Of a stretch of DNA of 64,000 nt, positions 1 to 10,149 are shown piece by piece. The notes beneath the pieces are model-generated. The model made no database searches. It saw nothing but the letters and a program-made list of their open reading frames with translations, and was not told the DNA's origin. Both the position numbers and the translations under genes were made by a program. Each line of letters opens with the position of its first letter. Positions within the stretch are counted from its first letter, which is position 1. The stretch comes from a phage: sequence record PZ452579.1; one strand, given 5' to 3'.

Positions 1-631
1 CAAGGCCAAGCGCATAACGCTGAGCATATTTTAACATCAAAATATCTTTAGCACAATCATGAATACTATCATGGGCAACGAATCCTTTTAGCGTACCCAT
101 CGGTAATGGACACATACTTAATCCTCGTGTCAACGAGTAAGCTTCGATTGCCGTACGAATATCGCGTTGAGCCCAGAATTTAACCGGTTCTAATTTATCA
201 GTATCAATCTCTGGTTCAAGAACACCTTCATCACGATAGAGGTCACGAATCAAATCGACCAATATCGGGAAGTCAAAGCTCATACCACGGCACCACATCT
301 GTGATTTCCATTGGTCAACTTTATTAGCTCGACAATAATCTAAAAAGATTTTAATGCCTTCAAGCGTAGTGACATCGTCTTCAGACGGAGCCAAGTTTTT
401 ACGCGCTTCAGTCGATTGTTCTTTCCACCATTTCATAGTGGATTTAGCGAAAACTCGCTTCCCTTTCTGAGAAGCTAAATTAAATTTAATTCGCTTACCT
501 CGTTGAACAAGTTCTTCAAATGATTCAACAACTTCAGGGTCAGAATTATATGCAATAACCGCAAGGTCGATAACAGCCGCTTTTGATGTATTGCCGAATG
601 TTTCAAAATCTATAATAACATCAGTGCTCAT
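1..631 (-). CDS. dexA: Exonuclease A (DexA), partial; N-terminus at 631, C-terminus runs past window start
   Basis: Manual minus-strand translation from ATG at 631..629 gives MSTDVIIDFETFGNTSKAAVIDLAVIAYNSDPEVVESFEEL..., closely matching remembered T4 DexA; not in ORF track because no stop lies in window. Confidence 0.8.
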   Translation of the reverse strand, partial: MSTDVIIDFETFGNTSKAAVIDLAVIAYNSDPEVVESFEELVQRGKRIKFNLASQKGKRVFAKSTMKWWKEQSTEARKNLAPSEDDVTTLEGIKIFLDYCRANKVDQWKSQMWCRGMSFDFPILVDLIRDLYRDEGVLEPEIDTDKLEPVKFWAQRDIRTAIEAYSLTRGLSMCPLPMGTLKGFVAHDSIHDCAKDILMLKYAQRYALGL

Positions 632-640
632 AATTTTCTC

Positions 641-1954
641 TCAAATAAAATGGACGTCAAAACGACCACGAGTCGTGCCGACATACAATAACTGTTTAGC
701 TAATTCTGAATCAGCATAATGGATACACGGTGTATAAACAAAGGCCGTGTCAACAGACATACCCTGGGCCTTATGGAAGGTTGATACCGGTAGTGCCTTC
801 ACCTTAGTGAACATACGTTTAGCATCCCAGAATTCGCTCCATGGGGCTTTACCACCTTTATTCCAGAATTTGTATGTTTCTGCGGTCTTAGCCAAAAACA
901 AATTGAATTTATAAAGCTCTTCTTCAGAAGAAATAACCTTTATATCTTCGCGGATGTATTCTTCATCATCGCCATATGTTTCTACTGTAAGATTCCAGTA
1001 TCGTATCATATACTCGCCTGAAACACCACGTGCTTTAACGAATGTAGACGTTTCTACAGCATCTCGAATACGAACGAATTGCCCGTTATTGAAAAGCATT
1101 TCGGTCATATTTTTACCATCTAGCTTATATGTCTTAGTAAATGGCTCTTGTAGAACAATGACTTCGTCTTTAATAAATGGTTTTTCTGTTTCAAAAAGTT
1201 TTCGTCGAATAATTGAATTTAACTTGTCCACCGACTTATTTGTGAATGCCATCATTCGATTTTCGAAAAGGTCTTCAGGAGTTTTAACGACGTTAAAATA
1301 GTTCATCATATACGATTTAAGGTCTGTATATCCATGAACACCGTGCCCATCAACTACTTTATCGTAAATCCATTTGCCATTACGAATATCAGTCGCAACA
1401 TCAATAATTGGTGCATTGCTACGTTTAACTTCTGTAAGGTCGCATTGCACGAAGTCTTTGTGAGTGAAGAAAGGACTTAGATACGCAGTTGATTCGCCTG
1501 GGTCTACCGGTCGAATCTGGCATCGGTCACCAATTCCAATTACTGTGCACCATTTAGGGATACTAGCTAACATTATTTTAAACAGAGAACGGTCGCACAT
1601 TGACGCTTCATCAAATAACAGTACACGACACAAGGCTAAGTCGGGAACCTTTTTCTGTTCAAACAATACGTTTTCTTCGTATGTAGTTGGGTTGATTTTA
1701 AGAATGCTATGAATAGTCGATGCTTCTTGACCCGCAAGTTTGCTTAGAACCTTTTTAGCAGCATGTGTAGGGGCTGCTAAAATAATACCTGATTCTCCAG
1801 AAGAAATAAGGGCTTCAACGATGAATCTAGTAAGGGTTGTTTTACCTGTACCAGCGGGACCATTAATAGTTACGTGATGTTTCTTTTCTTTAATAGCGTT
1901 CATAACAACGTTGAAGGCGTTTTTCTGGCCTTCAGTCAAATCATCAAATGTCAT
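641..1954 (-). CDS. dda: Dda DNA helicase (SF1)
   Basis: 437 aa; MTFDDLTEGQKNAFN... and Walker A GPAGTGKTT; near-identical N-terminus to T4 Dda. Confidence 0.93.
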   Translation of the reverse strand: MTFDDLTEGQKNAFNVVMNAIKEKKHHVTINGPAGTGKTTLTRFIVEALISSGESGIILAAPTHAAKKVLSKLAGQEASTIHSILKINPTTYEENVLFEQKKVPDLALCRVLLFDEASMCDRSLFKIMLASIPKWCTVIGIGDRCQIRPVDPGESTAYLSPFFTHKDFVQCDLTEVKRSNAPIIDVATDIRNGKWIYDKVVDGHGVHGYTDLKSYMMNYFNVVKTPEDLFENRMMAFTNKSVDKLNSIIRRKLFETEKPFIKDEVIVLQEPFTKTYKLDGKNMTEMLFNNGQFVRIRDAVETSTFVKARGVSGEYMIRYWNLTVETYGDDEEYIREDIKVISSEEELYKFNLFLAKTAETYKFWNKGGKAPWSEFWDAKRMFTKVKALPVSTFHKAQGMSVDTAFVYTPCIHYADSELAKQLLYVGTTRGRFDVHFI

Positions 1955-2262
1955 CGTAAAGTCCCTGCAATTGGAATACTAACAATACGGCCTGTGTCCA
2001 GAATTCGTTGATACAATCTTTGCGTCTCCGCATCTAGTTTAACGTGTTTCATTTCAAGCTTATTAAACCAGAACTTACGCGGAGTTTCGACCATTCTTAG
2101 AACTCCCATTTTTAAATCTGTTTTATACTGTGTTTTCAAAGTATCGAAAACTTTATCTGCAATATCCTTTCTAAAAAATACTGCAGGACGATGCTCATCA
2201 AGTGGAACCGGGACAGTAAATCCTTCCATATCTCGATAAACTATTGCATATACATAAACCAT
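1951..2262 (-). CDS. Hypothetical protein (dda.1 position)
   Basis: 103-aa ORF in T4 dda.1 syntenic slot; 4-nt stop/start overlap with dda. Confidence 0.5.
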   Translation of the reverse strand: MVYVYAIVYRDMEGFTVPVPLDEHRPAVFFRKDIADKVFDTLKTQYKTDLKMGVLRMVETPRKFWFNKLEMKHVKLDAETQRLYQRILDTGRIVSIPIAGTLR

Positions 2263-2264
2263 AA

Positions 2265-3011
2265 TTAACCTTTAATCAGTTGGAATAATGATGCGCTAAG
2301 TGGTAAGCCACGTTTCAATTTTAATTTACCAATGAAACCAATCTTTTCAAAACGTTGCAGACCTTGGATAACTTTATCATATGTATCGAAAAGCGATTCA
2401 GCGTCAGTTAATTTAGTTTTAGTTTTCCAGTCAGAGCCTTTAAGAAGAACGTTGAGTTTAGTAAGTTCATGGCCTTCTGCTTGATGTGAGCCATTAATGC
2501 GTGCTTTCAAAGCAACAATTCTAAGTTTAGATTCGTTAGATAAAGGTTGATTTTTCATCATGTTCGCCATATGCTTAACACGATTTTCACGTTTTGCTCG
2601 GATTTTTAAAATAGTGTCATAAACCTTTTTAATTTGGGCCCATTTCTTCTCGTCGAGATTAAGTTTCTCTACTTTACGGGCAGAAGGATTAGCGATACGT
2701 CTTGCAATGGCATCACGTTTCCTAATAAGTTCTTCTAATGTTAAATCAGAACGAGCCGTGTTATATTTTTTCTTAACTGGGATAACATTACCTTTAATGT
2801 AGCCTATATCATTATTAAAACGTTCTAAGGATAATTTCTCACCTTCAACAGAGTTATTAAAAGATTCACCTGAGTAAGCGCAGACCTTTTGATCAAGAAT
2901 GTTTTTAAGGTAATTAAAGTCTAAGTTAAAATCCTTAGAGCGTCTCTTCGCAGAAGCTCTGGTGTGGTCAAGACGACGATTGATTTTGTTAATTTTATTA
3001 TTTGATAACAT
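2265..3011 (-). CDS. Srd-like protein (assigned by synteny and size)
   Basis: 248 aa, basic, between dda.1 and modA as T4 srd (about 250 aa); no motif check possible. Confidence 0.45.
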   Translation of the reverse strand: MLSNNKINKINRRLDHTRASAKRRSKDFNLDFNYLKNILDQKVCAYSGESFNNSVEGEKLSLERFNNDIGYIKGNVIPVKKKYNTARSDLTLEELIRKRDAIARRIANPSARKVEKLNLDEKKWAQIKKVYDTILKIRAKRENRVKHMANMMKNQPLSNESKLRIVALKARINGSHQAEGHELTKLNVLLKGSDWKTKTKLTDAESLFDTYDKVIQGLQRFEKIGFIGKLKLKRGLPLSASLFQLIKG

Positions 3012-3164
3012 AATATTTTCCTCTGTCTTATGGACGTTAGGTCATTTAGCTGATAAGCTTTATAATATCATGCCCTCAGGTAGTGTACACTCTTTTTTCG
3101 TAAAATGCTTTAATTTTTTATGTGTTATAATGGTTCTGAGTTCCATCCGGTTATTCCAATTCAG

Positions 3165-3773
3165 TCAGTAACTGACAATAGACAGATTCCAGATTGTATA
3201 ACGCCCATCTTGAATAATAGAATCTACACGCAGTGTAGTCCCTATAGGGAGCATAAATTCACATTCGTCAGATATAAGTCTAGCATTAGACCGTCTTGTC
3301 GCTTCAGGGAAAGCTCCATTGAACTCACAAGATGGCGCAGCCAGAATCATGTTAAGCATATGTTCACGGAAGTTGAAAGCAAATGGTGCATCTTTGATGC
3401 AGAACATATTAAATGTTCCGTAAAAATTATACGAAGCAAAGTTACGTGCTACACCGAACACTGGACTGAAGCTCATTACTCTGTCAAATTTAATAATACT
3501 ACCAATGCCTTTATCATCGAGTGTGGCCATAGTTTTCTTAGAGATTCCACGATACATTGTCTCAGGAACAGAAGACGACCAATTTCTACGAACAATTGCA
3601 CTTAAATCTTGTTGGATGCTATCAGGCTTGTTTTCCATACACTGCCACAGTACACTTTGTTCAATGTCGCTGAATTGCTCATCGATTTTGTACTGAAGCA
3701 TATCTTGATAATCTGGACATTGAGCACGACGAACCATTTCTTCAATTTCACACTCGTTATACGGCATAAACAT
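3165..3773 (-). CDS. modA: ADP-ribosyltransferase, ModA-like
   Basis: 202 aa; R-S-E ART signature (YRG ... SFS ... DECEF); T4 modA position. Confidence 0.7.
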   Translation of the reverse strand: MFMPYNECEIEEMVRRAQCPDYQDMLQYKIDEQFSDIEQSVLWQCMENKPDSIQQDLSAIVRRNWSSSVPETMYRGISKKTMATLDDKGIGSIIKFDRVMSFSPVFGVARNFASYNFYGTFNMFCIKDAPFAFNFREHMLNMILAAPSCEFNGAFPEATRRSNARLISDECEFMLPIGTTLRVDSIIQDGRYTIWNLSIVSY

Positions 3774-3830
3774 TTAGGTTTCTCCTGTGGTTGATAAAGG
3801 TATAGTATCATCGTCTGTAGAGTTTGTACA

Positions 3831-4412
3831 CTAAAAATTCAACATTTTCAAATGAATGATTTTGTATAATCGAGATAAAGGGTCATATTCTAAGTCTTCA
3901 ATTTCCACAATCTCAAATCGAGAGATGCCTGAGACCATGTACTCTTGTTCAGATTCAATCATATCTAGGACGTCAACACGCGTTTCTTCCATAACATGCT
4001 TAGGGTTCTTTCCGGCAAGTACAATGTTAATCATGTTTTGGTAGTAATCAAAAATGAATGGAGCATTCCTGAGACTAAGAATAGTGTACGTCTGATATTC
4101 CCATCTCCCGGAGAATTGACGAGCTGTACTGAAATCAGTTGTGAACGATGTTACTCGTCCAGGAGACCAATGGCATCCAACAGAAAGAAGGGAAAGACGT
4201 TCTACTTCTTCTGGAGTTACACCACGGTAGAGTTCTACTGGTACTGTAGAAGTCATATGCTTACGAACAAGATGGTCTAATTCATAGTGGAAATCCGGGT
4301 CTTCCTTAGAATCGGTGCAAGCCCAGAGAATGTTTTGTTCTTGGCGGGTGAATTTGCTATCAATCAGATTTGTTAGGTATTCGCGTTCTTGAAGTTCAGA
4401 TTGACATGTCAT
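3831..4412 (-). CDS. modB: ADP-ribosyltransferase, ModB-like
   Basis: 193 aa; paralogous to preceding ORF with LYRG, SFTTDFS and ExE-type motifs. Confidence 0.7.
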   Translation of the reverse strand: MTCQSELQEREYLTNLIDSKFTRQEQNILWACTDSKEDPDFHYELDHLVRKHMTSTVPVELYRGVTPEEVERLSLLSVGCHWSPGRVTSFTTDFSTARQFSGRWEYQTYTILSLRNAPFIFDYYQNMINIVLAGKNPKHVMEETRVDVLDMIESEQEYMVSGISRFEIVEIEDLEYDPLSRLYKIIHLKMLNF

Positions 4413-4809
4413 GATAGACCTCCATTTAAAGATAAGCCTATCATAACATGAGAGGAGGGAATGTAAACTACTTTTTAAGCTTTCCTACTAAAGGTCCATC
4501 AGGGCCAGGTTGTTCTAACATGAATAAGGACGCTTTAAAAAGCAATGTCAACCCTTTCACCATTCGATACCATGTCTCAAAGTCTTTTTCCTTGATTTCT
4601 AGTAAGAATTTCTCTTTAAATTTCTCTTTCATTTCCAAGGACTCCATGGTGGAGGGTCGTCATAATAAGAGGCAAGGTCTTTCAGGGCTTCAACAGGTAA
4701 ACTAAAGCCGTGTCGTTGTATAATACTATCTAGTTCATCAACAAGTTCACTACGATGCACTTTAGGAGCCTCAACTTCAGGCTCGTCAAACATACTCATA
4801 AGGTCCATA

Positions 4810-5274
4810 TTATTCACCTAAATAAAAACTAGGCTGCTCGGAGAATGTTTCTAGCGCTACACCTTTTGTCTTAAAAAATTTCCAAATAGCTCGTTGCAAA
4901 TGGATTAAATCTGCTAATGATGTAATAAAGTATTTTTTGGCAAAATACTTGTGGTCTCGCTTTTCAAACAAGTCTAAACGCTTTTCAGGATTCGCATAAA
5001 CGGCATTTTCCGTAGATTCATAACCTAAGTCCTTTATGCCTTCTTCAAGACTAAACGGAGAATTTTTAGAATGAGTAATAGCTCCAACTCGCTCTACACG
5101 AATTTTGTAACCTTTAGGAATCTGCAATTTGCAGAATTCTTCTACGATATATTGCGGATTATTTAGACTTTTGTTAATGAGAATAGCTATTTCTAGTGGA
5201 GTCTTATCTTCCACTGGTATATGTTTAAATGACTTGGCTTCAAGCAAATACATTTTAAATAACATAGCATCCAT
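4810..5274 (-). CDS. Hypothetical protein (mrh locus)
   Basis: 154-aa ORF between modB-like and soc. Confidence 0.45.
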   Translation of the reverse strand: MDAMLFKMYLLEAKSFKHIPVEDKTPLEIAILINKSLNNPQYIVEEFCKLQIPKGYKIRVERVGAITHSKNSPFSLEEGIKDLGYESTENAVYANPEKRLDLFEKRDHKYFAKKYFITSLADLIHLQRAIWKFFKTKGVALETFSEQPSFYLGE

Positions 5275-5957
5275 TATAATTTCCTCGATGGTTCACCCAT
5301 ATAAAGTTTTACAATACGTTCGCCTTCATCTTCGACGAGCTTTTCTTCATGTTTCTGGAATTCTTTAGCCATATTCTCTTCAAGAACATCCAGCCAATCT
5401 TCTGGACCGACACCATCGTCCCAGCTTTTAAACCATTTAACTATCTTGTTCATTCGCAGCTCCCTGAGCTTGAACCACAATCAGAATAACTTGACCCAGA
5501 ATCACCAGGCCAAGACGATACGTATGAATGATTATAACTTGAAGAGCTTGAAGCATTAACATGTTTTGTTTTTGGACGAACAACTTCTTCCATCATTCCG
5601 TCACCGATATATTCCCAACTTTTTTCGTGTGTATCAGGAATAGGCATCATACCTTCGCCTGGCTTAACAGCAAACAACTTCTTCAGTATCGTAAGCATTA
5701 ATTGTTCCTCGAACAAAACGAACACCACCATCATCCCAACGGATTTCGGCATTAAATTTGACGTCTTCACCATCCATCATGAATGAGTGTACGACTACAT
5801 CATCATAATATCCAAGACCGTATTTCAACGAAACTTCTTGAGCAATCAAAGCACCTAATGTGTTATTAGGTTTAATCCAACGATTTACCATATTGTTCTC
5901 CTCTTGAGTAAGTAAGAATATCTTAACACAGTTTTTAGTGGTTGTAAACTATAGAAA

Positions 5958-5987
5958 CAAAAAAAAAAAGGAATCCCGAAGGATTCC
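5958..5987 (-). terminator. Intrinsic terminator after soc; C(UUCG)G tetraloop hairpin plus U-run
   Basis: Plus strand A12 then GGAATCC-CGAA-GGATTCC; on minus strand a 7-bp stem, UUCG loop and T-run just 3' of soc stop. Confidence 0.7.
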
Positions 5988-5996
5988 TTAAATTAT

Positions 5997-6233
5997 TTAA
6001 CCACTTACTGGTGTAGGGGTAAACATTGCAGCGTTCTTAGTTTTCCAGTCAGCTGCATCAGAAACTACAGTAGAATATGCCGCCTTTTCAGAAGGAAAGG
6101 TCTGATAATGAGAATCTGCAATCCGATGTTCGTTTGAATAAATTTCAAACGGTACAGAAACTTCCATACCTTTAACTTCTTTGCCTTCACCAGCCGGACG
6201 TGTAAAGGTTTTGATATTAACGTAACCACCCAT
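5997..6233 (-). CDS. soc: Small outer capsid protein Soc
   Basis: 78 aa; GYVNIKTF...HYQTFPSEKAAYSTV matches remembered T4 Soc. Confidence 0.9.
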   Translation of the reverse strand: MGGYVNIKTFTRPAGEGKEVKGMEVSVPFEIYSNEHRIADSHYQTFPSEKAAYSTVVSDAADWKTKNAAMFTPTPVSG

Positions 6234-6264
6234 AATTAACTCCTTTGTTGTTTAATTACAGGTG

Positions 6265-6272
6265 TATTTATA
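6265..6272 (-). promoter_or_regulatory. T4-type late promoter TATAAATA upstream of soc
   Basis: Plus-strand tatttata = minus TATAAATA, about 32 nt upstream of soc ATG. Confidence 0.6.
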
Positions 6273-6278
6273 ACTCAA

Positions 6279-6800
6279 TCAGTAACCATTATCCTGACGT
6301 TCAAAGTTGTGTTGGTTTTTCAAGTAGTAAAGTTTAAAGATTTCTTCAGCAGAAAGACCCAGACCTTGGAACATATTCAGAACAAAGTGGAGGATATCAA
6401 TCATTTCAAATTTAATTTCAAGCTGGTCTTCAGGAGACAGTTCATCGATACGACGATTTCGATATTCAGTATGTTGTGCTTTCCAAGGCTTCCATACAGA
6501 GCTAGCGGCTTTTTCACCATTGCTCATACCGCCGAGAGAAGTCAGCAGTTCACGGAATTCATCATCAATATAATCTTTCTGATTACGCAGCCAATCAACA
6601 ACATCACCGGCAGTAGCCAATTCATCAGGATGTTTGTTATGTTCAGGCTTGTCATTTGCCAGACGAACCTGTAAAGATTTCTGCATATCAAGCATTACCT
6701 GCAGTGGGTCTTTATCTTCGTGAATAAGAGCATTAAAATAAGCTTCTTCTGCTTTATCAACACCAGAAATAAGTTGTGAACATTCGTTAAAGTGCGCCAT
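6279..6800 (-). CDS. 56: dCTPase/dUTPase gp56 (dCTP pyrophosphatase)
   Basis: MAHFNECSQLISGV... matches T4 gp56 start; track start at 6815 is upstream of the homologous Met. Confidence 0.85.
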   Translation of the reverse strand: MAHFNECSQLISGVDKAEEAYFNALIHEDKDPLQVMLDMQKSLQVRLANDKPEHNKHPDELATAGDVVDWLRNQKDYIDDEFRELLTSLGGMSNGEKAASSVWKPWKAQHTEYRNRRIDELSPEDQLEIKFEMIDILHFVLNMFQGLGLSAEEIFKLYYLKNQHNFERQDNGY

Positions 6801-6888
6801 TATTTTTCCTTTCAATTCAGTATAAGAGAGTTAATTCTAACATTAATTTTATAAAGCGTAATAAATAATAGGTAACTAAGGAGATATT

Positions 6889-7086
6889 ATGTTTAAACTT
6901 CCATCGTTAATCAACGCTATTAAAGGCAATAAAAAGAAAACTGCTATCGCTGCAATAGTTGTAGGTGGCATTATTTCATGGAACTTCGGGATTGCACCAT
7001 TGTTAGTTGCCCATGGTATTATAGTTCCTTCTGTTCCATTGGATACTGTAGTTGATTTGGCCTTTGCTATTATAGGGCTTGTTTAA
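6889..7086 (+). CDS. Small hydrophobic (two-TM) protein, plus strand
   Basis: 65 aa with strong SD AAGGAG 5 nt before ATG; intergenic between 56 and 61; 4-nt overlap with gene 61 3' end. Confidence 0.45.
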   Translation: MFKLPSLINAIKGNKKKTAIAAIVVGGIISWNFGIAPLLVAHGIIVPSVPLDTVVDLAFAIIGLV

Positions 7087-8105
7087 ATCTTCGAATAACG
7101 AGATAATCTCATTTTAGCATGCAACCCACTTGAAATATTCTGTTTCATATATTCTAAAATTTCTTGTGGTGTTGCATTTTCTTTCATTACCATATCATTC
7201 ACATCCTTTGATCTCCATGGAGCTCGATCCCAGAACATGACACGTTCGCCTGCATCAACTAATCGCTTCATACGAGCTATAGTATCCGGATGCCTAGGTT
7301 CATTATCCATTACCCATACCCGACGTTCTTTAAATGGTACCACATCTAAATCTATTGAGCCGCCTGTAATAGCGATTGCATTGGGTATGAATAAACTATC
7401 AATAGGACCTTCCATTACCCAGACGTCTCCTTCCTTAACACGTTCAACACCATAAATTTTTGTTGCAGACTCAAACGCTTTAATAGTGATATATTTCTGA
7501 GGAGCATCTTTACGAAGTGCACGTCCTTGGAATGACTCGGCCTTCCCATCTTTATTAAAAATAGGAATCACTAAACGCGGTTCAGGAATCTCTTTCTTAT
7601 ACGTACCCGGTTGAATCTTGTTGACCAATTTAGGCCATTCTAATGTGAACCATAATCTGTTCCATGATTCTTTAGGAATACACCGAGACTTAACATATTT
7701 CACAATAGGATGCTCTTCAGGCAGCTTGTCCAGACGAGAACAAGACGGCAAAGAATTTATAGTCTTTTTCTCCGGTTCTGGTTTATGTTCAGGAACCTTT
7801 TCAATCTTTGGTTCCATTCTAGCTTTTTCTTTACGAACTTCCATTAGATATTCGCGATAAAGCTCTTCATCATACTCTTTTAAGTATCCGGAAATTGTAT
7901 TGTGGTATTGACAATTATAGCAATGTACATTACCAGGAGTACCACCGTAATACCATCCGCGGGCTTTCATTGCATCTGTCTGAGAGTCGCCACAAACTGG
8001 ACAACGAAACGTTAATTTAAATGTGCTTGAATTATTGATTTGTCTAAAACGAGGGAGGTGAGAAAACGCACGATAAGCAAATTCATTATCTATCCATTCA
8101 GCCAT
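7083..8105 (-). CDS. 61: DNA primase gp61
   Basis: 340 aa; zinc ribbon CPVCGDS...CYNCQYH and TOPRIM-like core; T4 gp61 length and position. Confidence 0.9.
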   Translation of the reverse strand: MAEWIDNEFAYRAFSHLPRFRQINNSSTFKLTFRCPVCGDSQTDAMKARGWYYGGTPGNVHCYNCQYHNTISGYLKEYDEELYREYLMEVRKEKARMEPKIEKVPEHKPEPEKKTINSLPSCSRLDKLPEEHPIVKYVKSRCIPKESWNRLWFTLEWPKLVNKIQPGTYKKEIPEPRLVIPIFNKDGKAESFQGRALRKDAPQKYITIKAFESATKIYGVERVKEGDVWVMEGPIDSLFIPNAIAITGGSIDLDVVPFKERRVWVMDNEPRHPDTIARMKRLVDAGERVMFWDRAPWRSKDVNDMVMKENATPQEILEYMKQNISSGLHAKMRLSRYSKI

Positions 8106-8144
8106 AGTATTCTCCAGAGGCCTTAAATTAATAAGGCCATCATA

Positions 8145-8639
8145 TCACAACTTATTAATATTTACTTTAATTCGCTTTCTTTTCTTGGAAGGAATTTGTT
8201 CTGGACCTTTATTTACGACTGCACCTGTAGTTGTTCCTGATGCAATAGCTTGAGGACTACCGCCTGAATCACCAGCAACCATATCCTCAAATAAAGGGAG
8301 TTCTTTAAATATTTCTTTCTGTTGTTCTTCCGTAATGTTATAGCGTGAAGCTACAGCACTCCAGGCAGACATCATTGAGGCCATTCCATTAAGACCTGGA
8401 ACAGTGCTCATCATTCGCTTCATTGAACGAACTGAAGCATGAAAAGGTGTATACGCCGCTTTTTCTTCGGGAGTAGAAGGACGTTTAAGAACACTTCCAC
8501 GTTCATCGATGATTTTGGCTTCGTATGCTTTCCATTCGGTAAAAGGTTTTTGCATTAGTCGAATAAACTTATATGCATAAACAGAATCTATTGCAGTGTT
8601 AATAATACCCATAGGTACCTCCTGAGTATATTTAATCAA
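8145..8639 (-). CDS. Hypothetical protein (61.1 region)
   Basis: 164-aa ORF; synteny only. Confidence 0.5.
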   Translation of the reverse strand: MIKYTQEVPMGIINTAIDSVYAYKFIRLMQKPFTEWKAYEAKIIDERGSVLKRPSTPEEKAAYTPFHASVRSMKRMMSTVPGLNGMASMMSAWSAVASRYNITEEQQKEIFKELPLFEDMVAGDSGGSPQAIASGTTTGAVVNKGPEQIPSKKRKRIKVNINKL

Positions 8640-8829
8640 TTACAAAGATTGCTTTGTCACCATTTATATCTGTGACTTCATATGTAGTGCCTTCATACTG
8701 TGGAATATTCCAAATTACACCATCATTAGCTTTTACACTAATATGGTATTGGTGTTTTGAAACAACTTCATAATCTTCAAAACTTGTAAAAACACTAATT
8801 TTAGAACCAGTGCAAATTGCAGTAGTCAT
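8632..8829 (-). CDS. Hypothetical small protein
   Basis: 65-aa ORF tightly packed between neighbours. Confidence 0.4.
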   Translation of the reverse strand: MTTAICTGSKISVFTSFEDYEVVSKHQYHISVKANDGVIWNIPQYEGTTYEVTDINGDKAIFVID

Positions 8830-8830
8830 T

Positions 8831-9490
8831 TTAACCTCGATTCATAAATGCATTAAATATTTGGTCATCAACAGAAATTTCTAATTCGACTTCAATTGCT
8901 TCAGCCTTTTCTTCAGGTGGTAATTCGTATCCACACACTACAATTTTTTCATCGATATCAAAATATACAGAAGCAATACGATTAATGTTATTTTCAGTTA
9001 AGTCTAAATCAACATCAACATCTTTTTGACCTACACTTAAAGGATAACTAATACGGGTTATTTTATTATCTTTAACAAAGAGACCACCAACATACTCTGT
9101 ACTACGTTTGAAGTTTACACGTTTCCGAATCGAAAGATATGATGCATCTTTACCGTGAGCTCGGCTCATAGGACATAATGAATAGCTAGAATAAGAGATG
9201 TCAAATCCTACACCTTCAATATGAGCCAACGTGTCATGATTAAACCAATTATAGTCATATGCCAAATCCATTATATTGTAATATGTGAAAGGCACAGGAT
9301 TAACATCATATGTTGTACCTTTAAAATCTGCCCAGGCAACGATTTCGTTATCTTTAACAATTACAAAAATTACACCGAGATGGTATCCGTTATTATTTTC
9401 ATTCGGCGTTATATTATAACATTGTGCATTAGGAAATTTACCATATTTAAATGGCGCATTTTTGTGCATATAATAAATCATATTATTCAC
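8831..9490 (-). CDS. Hypothetical protein
   Basis: 219-aa ORF; no recognisable motif. Confidence 0.5.
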   Translation of the reverse strand: MNNMIYYMHKNAPFKYGKFPNAQCYNITPNENNNGYHLGVIFVIVKDNEIVAWADFKGTTYDVNPVPFTYYNIMDLAYDYNWFNHDTLAHIEGVGFDISYSSYSLCPMSRAHGKDASYLSIRKRVNFKRSTEYVGGLFVKDNKITRISYPLSVGQKDVDVDLDLTENNINRIASVYFDIDEKIVVCGYELPPEEKAEAIEVELEISVDDQIFNAFMNRG

Positions 9491-9776
9491 CTGTGATTTC
9501 GGTTACGATATCTTTGTTATCGAAATTAGGGTCACAATACAAAACATAGTTGTACTGCATGATACCGCCAGACTTAAGTTGTTCAACAACTTTATTAACC
9601 ATATTAGGACGGTCTCGTTTAGTGATGTTCATGATATCAGAGAAGATTTGTTGTTCAACATCTTCTTGATTTGCAGTCATTGACCACTCACAGAGGTCTT
9701 TATCATAACCTGCCGTAACTGGAGCCGGTGCACATGATACTGCAAGTAAGATTGCTGCCAATGATAACTTTTTCAT
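9483..9776 (-). CDS. sp: Spackle periplasmic protein Sp
   Basis: 97 aa with N-terminal signal peptide MKKLSLAAILLAVSCAPAP; T4 Sp is 97 aa in this position. Confidence 0.75.
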   Translation of the reverse strand: MKKLSLAAILLAVSCAPAPVTAGYDKDLCEWSMTANQEDVEQQIFSDIMNITKRDRPNMVNKVVEQLKSGGIMQYNYVLYCDPNFDNKDIVTEITGE

Positions 9777-9839
9777 TTTAACTCCTTAGTTGATTTGATA
9801 GGACTACTATACTATAGTCCATCTATAATGTAAACAAGT

Positions 9840-10088
9840 TTATTCTTTTTCGCGAATAATAATTACTTGTTGAGGCTGCTGAGCAGATTTCTTTTCGGCA
9901 ACGATAGACCAAATTAAAGTTCCAATCCAACCAATCATCGTCCAGTTAAAGAGTAAAGATACAAAGAAGATTGCTGTTGTGCTTTTTGTGCCACGAATAA
10001 GTGCGATTACCCAAGGCAACATGTAAATGATGATTGAACCAATACCTGCGATTAAAACTGCTACTGAACTAGCTACGAATAATTCCAT
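9840..10088 (-). CDS. Small membrane protein (two TM)
   Basis: 82 aa, hydrophobic. Confidence 0.5.
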   Translation of the reverse strand: MELFVASSVAVLIAGIGSIIIYMLPWVIALIRGTKSTTAIFFVSLLFNWTMIGWIGTLIWSIVAEKKSAQQPQQVIIIREKE

Positions 10089-10149
10089 GTTAATTTCCTC
10101 TTGATTTGTTATGTTTATAGTATCTTGTTTTAACTTTGGTGTAAACCAA

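Noticed and set aside
954-1301. Plus-strand ORFs (e.g. 954..1301, 1464..1712, 3120..3605, 13491..13856, 21393..21644, 55405..55746) lying inside minus-strand genes
   Set aside because: They are antisense to well-supported genes (dda, modA, uvsX, 43, IP genes), have no RBS and odd composition; treated as chance ORFs on the non-coding strand
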